In this document: positions 25,620 through 37,072 of the stretch, piece by piece
Layout: each line of letters opens with the position of its first letter
Position numbering within the stretch: position 1 is the first letter of the stretch
Assembly: GCA_004764695.1 (NCBI GenBank)
Contig: SMSO01000031.1
Coordinates: 5,246,436-5,310,435, forward strand
From: Schizochytrium sp. TIO01
Lineage: Eukaryota > Protista > Bigyra: Labyrinthulomycetes
Direction of reading: 5' to 3'
Length of the DNA: 64,000 nucleotides
Position numbers and translations under genes: made by a program
Notes under the pieces: generated by a model
The model's database searches: none
What the model saw: only the letters and a program-made list of their open reading frames with translations
Told to the model about the DNA's origin: nothing

Positions 25620-28600
25620 ACCTGTAGCAGCCATCCAGTGATCATTCTTCGCAAATTCTGTGTTTTATTTGCAGTGTTGCTGGGGTTCTTAAGCCTTCAT
25701 GTTTTTGGTGTTGTTTCCTGTGCGAACAAGAGATATAACCGCGAAGATGTGGACCTCTAGCACTGTGCTGCCATGACTATCTTGTTACCTTTTATCATGA
25801 AGGGTTGAGTTGTAGACAAGATCATAGATCAAAACAAAAAAGAAGAAAATCAAAACAAAACAAAACAAAAAAGAAGAAAAAAGTTTAGAAGGGTTTCTCA
25901 CATTTTTGACCCTTAACATACAACGCGCCTAACACAGCATCAAAATAAATTTGCCCTGCAAAGCCAAATGATGCACACTACAACTCTAGCGCGTCGACGA
26001 ATTGCAATTAACTCGTATCATAGAAGAAATCGCAACGCAAGCTACTGAAGATGAATTTTTGCATGATGTTTCCTATATCACCATCATCTACACTATCCTC
26101 TCTTTTTCTGTGCTAGCTGTACATTTCATAATGTCGTATGAATATCATTTTTGTTGTTTCTCTACTTCTCTCTTTGTTCAAAGCATATATTTTAAATTAA
26201 AATATAAGATAATCGGGATCATTGTCCAGTCTTCATGCTTGATTTTTTTTAAATGCTACGAGAGGCAGTCTATATCCTCGGCTTGACCAACCAGCCACTA
26301 GTTTGAGGATCACAAATTCTACTATCTTCACCTTGTCTTGAATCTTAGATCACCTATACCGACATACTAAACAACCCCAAAAATGGATCCTTTTGCACAG
26401 CAAGGGGGAAGAAAGGTACGAAAGTGTGACACGCTTCAATTGCACTATGACTTGATCCTTAAAGTCTTAGGTCTGGGTTCTTGTTGCAAAGAAGAAGAAG
26501 CAAAAAGAAGCATCTTTGTAAAAATAAACAAATATTAGAATTTAACTTGACGGCTTTCTCCGCTCCTTCTCATAAGCTTTTAAGATTATATTGCTCCGTG
26601 TTGCACCAAAAAGAATAAGAAATATGCAAATTCTTCAAAATAATTTTATGCTTAACACTTATAGCAAAAATGGATTCCTCTGTGCCTCTCTGTGCTCTGT
26701 GCCCCTCGACGGAACTTGATACATCTCACTTTCCTTCCGCCATACTTGTCCCTTGGCATGTCGAATGAAAGGTGTTGACAAATTGATCACCCAATGAAAA
26801 TCCCTGATGAACACTTACTCCCTAAAGATTGGTCATAATATTTCCATCCTTTTTTTTCCTTTTTTTTTTCGTTTCTTTTTTAAAACTCATGCTCTACCTG
26901 AAATGATTGCATTTATTTCCTCACACTGTTATGTATGAATGGTTAAATCTTAGTTCAAGTTTAGTTTATTCAGGGGAAAGAAATATTGATGATTTGAAGT
27001 AAGGATGGCGACAGTAGCAACAACTCTATAAAAAGAAAAAAAAGTTTACATACAATTCCTTTCAGTAAGAAATAACAAATAGCTTTATAAGGCGCCTTCG
27101 TTTTTGAAACGCCATATAAATTAGTTTGCCTCCTTCTTGGGTACTTTCCTGATATTTCTATTTCACTCCATTAAACTTGAAACAAATGTCTGGCTGCCCT
27201 CTTTTCCATGCTACTCTATCGTTCAAACACCGCCAACTTTACCGTTGTTCAACTTTTAATATGTTATTCTGGTTGACTTTGCGTTGCCCTTTTATCCAGT
27301 TTTTACAAAACTCATCCCAGTCGTTGTGAGTTTGTCAAATTCGTTCGTATTAATTCGCAAGACTTCGACCAATTAGAGCCGGCAACTCAGTCAGTTGAGC
27401 CCCTTTTCCTCAGTCAGAAAGGATTACAAATACAAAATGATTCATCATCATTTGAGGGTGAGCAGAAACTGGCCGAGACCTATTCGTCGAGCCACTGTCC
27501 GGCTTCGTAGTTAGTGCTCAGCTTGAACCAGCCAGGAGAACCTCTCTAAATTACTAAATTACAGAAATGTGTAAGAGTAAAAAACGAATAACTAGATAGG
27601 AAATAGTTGAAGGGGGAAACTACCTACGCCCTTAGGTGCATCGTGTTAAATGTCAGACTATATAATATTTGGTTGAATCTCGTGAGTAACTGTCTCGCTT
27701 CAGGTACTTGTATACTTATTGTAGCGAATCAAGAAACAAGGACAAGAGGCAATCCTTACAGAAGGCTTAATGCTCGCTCCTCTGAGAGGGTTATGTGTAT
27801 ACTAGGTACTAGGTAGTCGCTAGTGTATACTCCTAACAATTCTCCCAAAACTTAGATCCGTTGACATCATCTAAGTGAAAAAGGAAGTTTGCTTGTCACT
27901 TGCAAGTTGAAACTGCATTCTTACTCGAGGTCCGGTTTGAAATATATTTTAGTTTTGGAAGGTCATACTGATATAGCAATTAAATCCCCTCGATCTAGCG
28001 AGGTTGTGAAATAATAGCAGTGGAAAACTAAAAATCGTTAAAGTTTGTCCAAATTATGACTCTATTTCTCACAAGTAATTTGTTGTCCGCGCCTCCGGTC
28101 GCAACCGATACAGGTTGACCGCCTGTGAATCAAATGATATGGACCTACAGTCCAAGAAACTCAGGCTGCGCTTGTATCAGCTTGCTGCAATTGCTGTTCA
28201 AGTGGAATTTGTTGTTCAGCGAAGATCATGGGCAAACTGGAGGAGTAATGTATATGATGCTGTTTGCTTGTTGATGGCACCAAGTACTACTATGACTTGA
28301 AGCAATCACAAGATCTGGTAAGTCGCTTAGAAGATGATTTCCTAACCTACTCTAGGAGTGCTTTCTCCTCAAAATCTCACATCACAAAATTCACAAGGCT
28401 ACTTCACTTACCCAGTACCTAGTTTAGATCGTTTCATCAACCTTAGGAAGCCAATGGTAGAGCATCATATTTACGTGTGCAAAAGCAGCTGCGAACCTAG
28501 GCAGTCATGAGTAACAGCTCAACTACGATCTAGCCTGTCCACTACCTGCTTTACTGCAAGCTCTCACGCGAGAAGCTGGAGACGTCATCCAAAGTAACCA

Positions 28601-28986
28601 ATCCCCAAGAGCCCAAACTTTGACGAGATCGCAAACCAAAGAGCCAGGCTTGCTCAGTGGCTGTCCTACCAACCAGGCCTAAGAAGGTGCGCACTGAGCT
28701 TCTTAGGAGCCTATGCGTACGTACCATAACAGAGCAATAATAACATGATACGGTGTGCGTAACGTGGTAGAGCACTCTAGAGTCCTATAGAAACAGGTAC
28801 TAGGCTGGTGAGGCGGAGGAGCCTCTAGAGAAGGAGGCGGTTCTAGGCTCCGAACTTTTAGCTAGAGATGAGATCGTCCATTGATTGAGGTTGAGCAATT
28901 GTCGATTGAGGTTGAGGACGTAGAGCTGGTAGCTCTGTTGATCCTGGGTTCGCAGAAGCGATCGGCGTGGCGACGTTGAGGGAGAT

Positions 28987-29904
28987 ATGCTCGCTCGCGG
29001 AGACGCAGAGTCCGTGAGTGCGTCAAGCCACAGCAGCCGCGGCTCTCGCTTTGGCGGTCTTGAGCTGGGAGACGATGGCGTGACGACCTTCAGAGACGAC
29101 CAGGATGAAGGTGATCAAGAGGGCAGATTGCAAGGGCGATGCGGCATGTTCTCCAATCTATGCTCCGTGCAGAGGTGGAAGTACCCGACGATTGTGGAGG
29201 CTAAAGTGCTCTCGTGGCTGTCCATCGCAGTGACTATTATTACCTCTTCGGTTGGCATTGCATTTGCTGTCAAGGGGCACAGCGCGCTTATGCTTGCGTA
29301 CGGACTCGAGGCAGCAGTGGATATTCTCAGTAGTGTTGTCATCCTCTGGAGGTTTAAGGGAACTATTAAGGACAACGAGCAATCTCGACAACGCGAAGGA
29401 CGTGCTCAGGCGCTCATTGGAATCTCACTTCTCGTCACCGGTGTCATCGTTTTTATAGACTCATGTGTACACCTTAGTGAGAAGTCAACTGTTGATGATG
29501 GTGCAGGTATTTTGGTCATCAGTATTTTCAGTTTTCTTGCTCTTTCAATCCTCGGCATCCTCCAGGCGCATGCGGGCATTGTGCTTAAGAGTAACGCTGT
29601 CTTTGAGGATGCAGTGGCCGCGACAGGTTCCGCTTTGCTCAGTCTGAGTGCTGTGATCACCATTGCTGTGAACTGGGACCATCCAACCTTGTGGTGGTTC
29701 GATAGCGTCACTGCGATTATTGTATCTTTGGGCTTTCTGATCTATGGTGTTTATATTCTTCGTCAGTGGTCATGGTATCGGTGCTCATTTTGGTTCCCCC
29801 CCGAGGGTGCTGCACGGGTCGGAGGTCGAGGCGATAGCATTGACTCCTTGGATATCGATGAAAATGGAAATGATTTGAAGCCGCTTGACATCGATATGGT
29901 TTAA
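28987..29904 (+). CDS. TMEM163-like cation diffusion facilitator (CDF/SLC30-related) metal transporter
   Basis: 305 aa with six hydrophobic helices. The motifs S.LMLAYGLEAAVDILSSVVILWRF, RE.RA, LKSNAVFEDA and WWFDSVTAI resemble the TMEM163/Cation_efflux transmembrane domain. There is no C-terminal cytosolic CDF domain, as in TMEM163. Confidence 0.85.
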   Translation: MLARGDAESVSASSHSSRGSRFGGLELGDDGVTTFRDDQDEGDQEGRLQGRCGMFSNLCSVQRWKYPTIVEAKVLSWLSIAVTIITSSVGIAFAVKGHSALMLAYGLEAAVDILSSVVILWRFKGTIKDNEQSRQREGRAQALIGISLLVTGVIVFIDSCVHLSEKSTVDDGAGILVISIFSFLALSILGILQAHAGIVLKSNAVFEDAVAATGSALLSLSAVITIAVNWDHPTLWWFDSVTAIIVSLGFLIYGVYILRQWSWYRCSFWFPPEGAARVGGRGDSIDSLDIDENGNDLKPLDIDMV

Positions 29905-32671
29905 GCTCTGTTGTAGAGCTTCTCACATTCGAATGAAGTCTGTTGCCACCTGCATACCAACGCTGCAAATGTACTGTTTTCCCAGTACCCTTCTCAGAGA
30001 AAGTAAGATGGCAAAGACGCTCTCTGTGACAACAAGAGTTTGTTTTTGAAGAGTAAATGGAAATAGGAAAATTTTCAAGTGAGTGTTGCCTTATTTGTAA
30101 TTCCCCATTTTCCATTTCGCCAAAGAAGAAAAATGGCATTGAAAGGAAAAGCAGCAGATCATAAATGGGGCGGCACTCACATGACCGGATGAGCTCCTCT
30201 TGCTTGTTTTTTTATTATCTGTCGCAGTATAATTATTCACACTGTCTATTAGGTCTGTGTTCTGTTTACCTTTTCGTTTGAGCTATAATCTTGTATTGTA
30301 TCAGGCTAAAAGTAACGACATATGCTTTTGGTCTGAGCACACATTCCATAATATAGCAACGAAAGCTAACCCCGTGTACTTTATACAATTCCTTATCTGA
30401 GCAATTTATAAGGGGCCCGCGAATTGACAATATATTGCCAACAACGACAAGTCCTACTCAGGAAAACAAACTATCACTATATTGACACTTTTCCACAAGA
30501 AACACATGAAGAGTCAGTCTCGCGCAGCAAACCAAACCACAACCTACTAGCAGAGTTCTTAGGCAGCCTCTGCGAAATGATTCATCCATCTAAGTATTTT
30601 CTTATCCTACTGCTCCTCTCTCTCTTCCTTGTTTCCATGTTGGATCTCCTCCTATTTCGTGGTCGATCTCTCCGTGGTTAGACTGTTATTGTTTGCATTG
30701 CCGCGCCCAAGTTTAGAATCGGTGATTACATAGAGAAACTAACGTTGACTGTCTTTTCCGCCGAAAATACTTCCGACAAACCAGCACGAAATCAAACGAG
30801 ATCTTCATCTTCTTCAACTTCGTTGCTTCGTATCTATCTATTTATCTATCTACCCGGAGATCCATCGCACGTGTTGAAGGAAAGCCAAAATATAGCTAAC
30901 CTCCTCGGGACTGCTGGATTTACTGCACAGAGCATGGCATCGCATGAGGAGACAGACGGAGAAGCATTGAGAAGCGAATGTGCAGGGGCTTTTGTTGTAC
31001 TGCCATGTGACCAAAATTTGCAATTAGAGAAAAGTGATGGTTAGATCGCCTTTTGTTTGTTTGCTCAATGTTTGTTTCTTTGTATGTATGTATGTTTCTT
31101 TGTTTCTTTCTTTGTTTCTTTGTACAGTGCCTATCTACCTGTAACCAATTGTAACAAATGGAAGCGGTCGGCTCGGGCGGTGGTTGGACCTTGACGGAGT
31201 CCCTCTCCTGCCGAGCGATGTCTCGGGCGGGCCGGGGAATCGCTACTTTAGTTGCTGACACTCCAACAAATCCAATCGCGCCTTGTCCAAGAGCTTATTT
31301 TATGGTCCTGATTTCTGAACGATTCTGGCTTACTTGGTTTGCTTCTCAGTTTGTTTGTTTGTTATTTTGTGCGATCTACTCATAATAGAAGGGGAAAAGA
31401 CCGAAAGACAGGCGTTTCATCTGTGGCAAATGTCAAATCGCATTCTTGATCTCAGATTGCATCGCGACCACGAATTATCAGTGCCAACTCGCAATACCTG
31501 CAAGTACTTGCGCCGGATGATGCCATTTTCGGAATCCACACGTGCTTTCAATCTACGTCTTCCTCGAGCTTTGCTTTTTATCGGCCGCGCCTGAGCCAAC
31601 CTCTCTCGCCGTGCCGAAGGACCGCCATGTTGTGCAGATTTTATTATGTTATTTTCAATTGTTCATGTAAGAAGTCGTTTATCTTAGCAACCCTTAGGTA
31701 AACACTAAAGAACTGATACCAAGTTTCGATTTTAAAATTTATAAATTTATAAGCAAAGCTTTTATAATTTTTACCAAAGAATCAGGAACAAAACAAATCA
31801 ACCACGGGTGATACGACCAATACACATCGCCGTCATCCGGGCCTAAGCTTCGGCCCTCTCGGAGATAGATGGGTACTGGCATGCAGTCCCAGCACCCCTC
31901 TCCGTCTTCGCAGCCCCCTCCAGGAACCTGATCGTCTTGAACCACCGCGCAGCGCATCAATCTATCTCCAAACCTTCTCAAGTCAGCCTGATTCGTCGGT
32001 AGTTGGGCGCCCCACGGCCGGTTTTTCCCTCGCCAACCTCGCTCCGCTCCGTGGCTATAACCCACTTTACGCTCTGCTGCAAGTGAACTATACGAAGCCT
32101 GTACTATAGGTTTTAGCCGGCGCAAGTAGCCTATAGCGCTCACCTCCACCGACCTAACCACGGAGACACAGCACATACGTCCCCGCAGTTAGCCAGCTTC
32201 CTTAGGACAGTCTAATGTGTAGGTAAAGGGGACAGAGCGCAGATGTACCCGCGGTAGTCTCATGGTTAGAAGAGGTCGTTAGACAGGGTTTGGAGGGGTC
32301 TTAGGAGGCAAGTAGACTTTGTGGTAAGGAGGTGTGAAAGTGAACATGTAAAATATTGAAAAGTTAAAAAGTTAGATTTGATTTGATTTGATTTGATTGA
32401 TTTGATTTGATTTGATGAACGAATGAATGAAAAGTAAAATCGATCGCAGTTACGCAGCCAGATCGAAAACGAGGGAGCTAGCTCCACGGCCGCCTTGAGA
32501 CAGGCAGCAGCAGTAGCAGGGAAGGGTGCTAGCTGGCTGGCTGGCTAGCGGTGTTTGGTTGCTCAGGTGGTGCTTACTCGCTTAGGTTTGGCTCTTCGCT
32601 TGGGTTTGATTGAATACGATTGGATTTGATTTGATTGCGATTCCTTGAGGTTGAGTTTTCATCGATCGACG

Positions 32672-34219
32672 ATGGCGGCCAAGAGAAGAGCCCAAACCGG
32701 CGTGGCACCTAAAAGAGACTCAGCAGTGGGGAGAGGCGGGTATGGCAGGCGTGCAGCCAACGCGTCAAGGGCCCTGGCAGCACAACTTGATGAGGACCAA
32801 CACTGGTGCTCAACGGTGCTGCCGCTGATTGCACGGAGCTCGCTTCGGAGGAACCGCAGCGCACGCGAAGAGAGGTTACGCAGGTCACTCGTGGCAGGCT
32901 GCGCTGCTTTGGCAGCGTCGGCGATTGCAATGGACAATTTGCATGAATCTCGTGCCAAATACAGGCTCGGGCGCGAGATTGACATCAACCGTGACGCAGA
33001 AGGTGACGATGATGATCTTGACGATACTAACGTCGAGCGTCTGAATACCTCTGGCTTCACCATGGCAAGGGCAGATGAAGGCAATGCCAGCATGAGCGGT
33101 ATCTACAGAAATGCTGCGCATGCTGAAATTGATGGCATGGATGACGAGCAAATTGAAGACAGCAATTTCAGCTTTGAGCGCCCTGCGAGTAGAAGGGCTT
33201 CGACGAGAACTTCAAGAACGACGTTGCAGCAGAGACATCAACGAAGCAATAACAATCACGAGGAAAACGATGAAGAAGACGAAGGTACTGATGATACGAA
33301 CTCACAGGGCTACTCTAGGTTTGATATTATCGAGGGATCTCACATTGTTGGCCACGCTGAAGATGCTGATAATGATGACACCATGGAGAACGATGAGGAA
33401 GATCTTGATCACGATGCTGACTCTGAAAGCGAAGATGACCCCTACGATGAGGATGAGGAGGTTCGCATTCCGCAACACCACCGCCAAGTCTTTGGCCGCA
33501 TACCCAAGCGTAGCATCCGCAAAACTTCAGTGGGCAGTGCTAGTTTCCGTGGCATTCTGCGAACCCATTCCCAAATTACCTCAGCGGTACTTTTGGCCAC
33601 CCGCTCCCAGCGTCAGGCTCCTCGCCAGACCAGGCGCGATCCAGCCGCTGAGGTTGATCGTCGTGCGAGAAATCGCCGTGCCCAGCGTCGCTTGTTTGAG
33701 TCTCGCCGCACCTTAAGCTCAGCTTCGGCTGCATCACCTTTATCGCGCCGCTCTATTAGTCACACTGCGGCTGGATACGGGACGCCGTCGTCCATTCCTA
33801 CCTTTGCCCGCTCGCCTATCACCAGGACCTACGGTCTCGGAGGCCGCCCTTCTCCTGCAGCTGCTACACTCATGGCATCACCGGCCACGAGCTCTGCAAT
33901 TCCGCATTCATTCTACTCCCCTGGAATTGTTTGCGTTCGTCATAAGCCTGACCCTGTCAAGCCGAAGCGCAACCCGCGCGATCTGGACGCGCTCCGCCAC
34001 GAGTTGGTGAAAACCCCAGAACGTCCCACATCCTCATCTCCAATTGTCCCAAGTTATGCTGAAGCAGAGGACTCCTCCGCAGGAAACCATAGAAACTATG
34101 TCGGCAGCAACAACATCAGCAATGATACTCCTGTCACACGCCTTCGTCAGAATAGCGCTGAAACCACCCCTGTCAATAGTCCGTTGATCATGACTCCCCA
34201 ACGTGGTCTCCGTTCGTAA
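32672..34219 (+). CDS. Hypothetical, largely disordered protein (basic N-terminus, D/E-rich centre, R-rich and S/T-P-rich C-terminus)
   Basis: Uninterrupted 515-codon ORF from the first ATG (32672), with coding-like composition. No folded domain recognised. Confidence 0.8.
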   Translation: MAAKRRAQTGVAPKRDSAVGRGGYGRRAANASRALAAQLDEDQHWCSTVLPLIARSSLRRNRSAREERLRRSLVAGCAALAASAIAMDNLHESRAKYRLGREIDINRDAEGDDDDLDDTNVERLNTSGFTMARADEGNASMSGIYRNAAHAEIDGMDDEQIEDSNFSFERPASRRASTRTSRTTLQQRHQRSNNNHEENDEEDEGTDDTNSQGYSRFDIIEGSHIVGHAEDADNDDTMENDEEDLDHDADSESEDDPYDEDEEVRIPQHHRQVFGRIPKRSIRKTSVGSASFRGILRTHSQITSAVLLATRSQRQAPRQTRRDPAAEVDRRARNRRAQRRLFESRRTLSSASAASPLSRRSISHTAAGYGTPSSIPTFARSPITRTYGLGGRPSPAAATLMASPATSSAIPHSFYSPGIVCVRHKPDPVKPKRNPRDLDALRHELVKTPERPTSSSPIVPSYAEAEDSSAGNHRNYVGSNNISNDTPVTRLRQNSAETTPVNSPLIMTPQRGLRS

Positions 34220-37072
34220 GAAGTCGCAGGCAATTGGTAACCTTTCTGCCGTGCAAATATATCCTGTTGTTCAACCTCCTTTTCTTCCTTCAGTGTCAAA
34301 AATCCCGTTCATGCATTAACCTTCGCATCTATTCACCCCATCTGCAATGTTTTAACTCGACGTTGAAGCTGGGCCATTAGTGCGTGCTCCTCATACATAG
34401 TCAAATACAGTCATTTACGCGATTCTGTATTTCGCCATACGACAGATTATGAGGATCTTGCGAAGAAAAAAAAAGTACGGGAGATGATCAAACAAAACGG
34501 ACATACCCCAAAAGGAAGAAGAGTAGTTGAAGAAGGCAAATTTAAAGCTGTTTATTAGTTGAAGAGGCAAATGCAATACATCGAGATTCATAGAATTTCG
34601 CAAGCCTATCTCTTCTTTTTTGCAGTTTAGCCTCTGGACTCGGCGACCTTTCCTTTATTTTTCTTCATATCGCCACTCTCGTACTCCTGTCGCCCGTTGG
34701 CGTTCATCTTTGGTCTTGCACAGAAGCTTTGTCTGCTCCTGTTCAAGGTCCTACCAACCGTTCTTTCAATCAAACCTCTGATAATTGAAGAAGGCCATCA
34801 TGCCCATCTGCTGCGTTTGGCAAGTCACTCACAGGGCCACGCACGCTTGTTGATTTTTGAGACAATTCGCCTCTGTTGCACACTTTATTTGCCCTACCTA
34901 TACAACCGCTGTGTATGGAATTGTAGAGCAGAATGACTTGTTATTGCCCATGTGATGCGAAAGAAAAAAAAAAATCTTTGGGCACATTCTGCTGCAAGTC
35001 TACACTTTTCATCAATATCAACTTCGGCAAGATGTTGCTCTGCTCGTGCACAAGTGACCTTCGCACCAGCTTCCTTCCATTTATCAACCTTTTTTATGGG
35101 TGAGCAGAGCTCTCTGCAGTTTTACAGCTGGAGACAGCCTCGCTCTTTCCATGTCTAGCTCTCTTTTTCCCACATCTGTATTCGGATCAACACAACGGGA
35201 TTGATGCCTCCAGCCACATAGGTATGTGCGTTTGCACATATCAGATTATTCGATTGCGTGAGGGCAGCATGGTATATATATACATACACACAGTCATTCA
35301 CCTTTTCTCCTTTTGGAAACCAACCGACAGCCTTTGTTGGCTCTCGCTGGTTCTGAAGGTGTCTGTGCAATACCTATATATTCTTGTCTCCCTACAACAC
35401 CAAGAAGTTTGTACCCTATTGATCAAATTCTCTCGGATACCACCACCCTTTTGAATGGTCGCTGCTAGGCACCTATCTATCTGTATTGTGCTTTGACACC
35501 TATTTATCTCATTTTCACACGCATGCACAATAATGCTTTTAAAATCGCTATTAAAGGGCAATTGGAATATACGCCCAAGCGACTTGAAAGTTCAACAACA
35601 AGTTGGTCAAGCGAGCACAGGAAAACGGAAGATGATGACTTATAATTCTTTTCGCCTACGGATCAGCGCTTGCAACGCGATTCTACATACACATGCAAAC
35701 ATATAAACTTTGCGCTGATCTCGTAGCTAGTACACATTGCGAATCTAAAACACCGCTTTTTACAAAATTATATACACAAAGGCTATGAAACTATAATAAA
35801 CCTTCAGACTCTACGTGCTCTCTCTCTCCCCACATTTCTTCTTGGTGACCAAAGTTAGTCGAACTTGATTCTTCGCAGCTACTACCCATTTAACTCTTAA
35901 CTTTCAATGGCTGCACCCTACCATCATAGGTTCCTGAAGGTCCTCTTGCACAGACTAAGGACCCACCATACAAGCGACCCGCTCTAGAGGTATGCACTGT
36001 GCGATACATGTACCCGCGTGAGAATATGAATATCTTTCCTCTGCTGAAAGACGATTATGAAGGGCTCAGCACCTTAACTGCCGCCTCCTTGAGCATAAAA
36101 CTATTCATCATCGCAAAGAAACAGCGAGAAATGGGTCCTTCCCAAGCAAGTTGTGCAATATTAAGAAATGAGCCGCCAAACTGGCACGAAAGCTCAATCT
36201 GGAAGGTGACAAAGGTGGAGTTCAAGCTGAGGAGGACTGTGCAGACATCAGACAGTGGCCAAACCCTTAACGGTAACGTCCAAAGGTCTTGCGGGGAGCC
36301 CAAGCGAGCTCCAGAGATCTATCTTGTTGACTGACTCGTGCGTGGTGGTTGGCATTTTTCCCTTCGCAGTCTCTCGCATAATACCCCCCATTTTTTCTTC
36401 CTAACCCCCTCCTCAAAACCTTCACTTTACATCGACCATTCCTCAACCTTCGAATCACAAAACCTCGCCAAACCAAAACTGACTTCATCTTCTTCACTTA
36501 CACAACCCGTTTTGCATTAGCTATAACCTTTAAACGCCTCGAGAGCAGCGCAAAAGAGGCGAGCAAACTGTCTAAAGCGACGCCGGTGACAGTGCACAAG
36601 AAAAGGGGGCATCGAAAGAGTTACATGCTAGGAAAAAACTTTCGCCGCAGGTGTTCTGTTCCGTTCCAAGTTGGTTTTTCCCTCCTGCGAAGCTGGGAAA
36701 AAACAAGGCTCTGCACAGACTCCATCAAACCCGATTGCTCGCCTCGCTTCTGGCGGCGGCGGCGGCGGAGCATCTCGGCCCCGCGGTATCCAAGGCTCGC
36801 GGAGATAAACCTGGCGGTCAAGAGCTGGCCGCCTGCGCCGGCGCTCAAAGTGCGGCGCTCGCCAGGCGCAACTGCGAACCATCGAAGCTTTGAATTGCGA
36901 GGTTTCTCGTTTCTTAGGCTCTCTTTGAGTACTAAGAAAGTTATCGATACGAAGGATAGAGAGGATAGAGAGAAAGAGAAAAGGGGCAAACTGAGAGCGG
37001 CGAAGAGCGACGGCAACGACGCCAGAGACGGCTCAGAGGCCGCGAGATCAGGGACAGGGGCCTACTGCAGAT

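Noticed and set aside
35999-36334. 111-aa ORF with somewhat protein-like composition
   Set aside because: Too short, with no recognisable domain; it could be a remnant but cannot be supported.
36260-36670. Three AACGG/CCGTT (MSA-like MYB) cores upstream of the cyclin
   Set aside because: A 5-mer on both strands is expected about once per 500 bp, so this is not a convincing excess. The local MYB also lacks the canonical AAC-reading residues.
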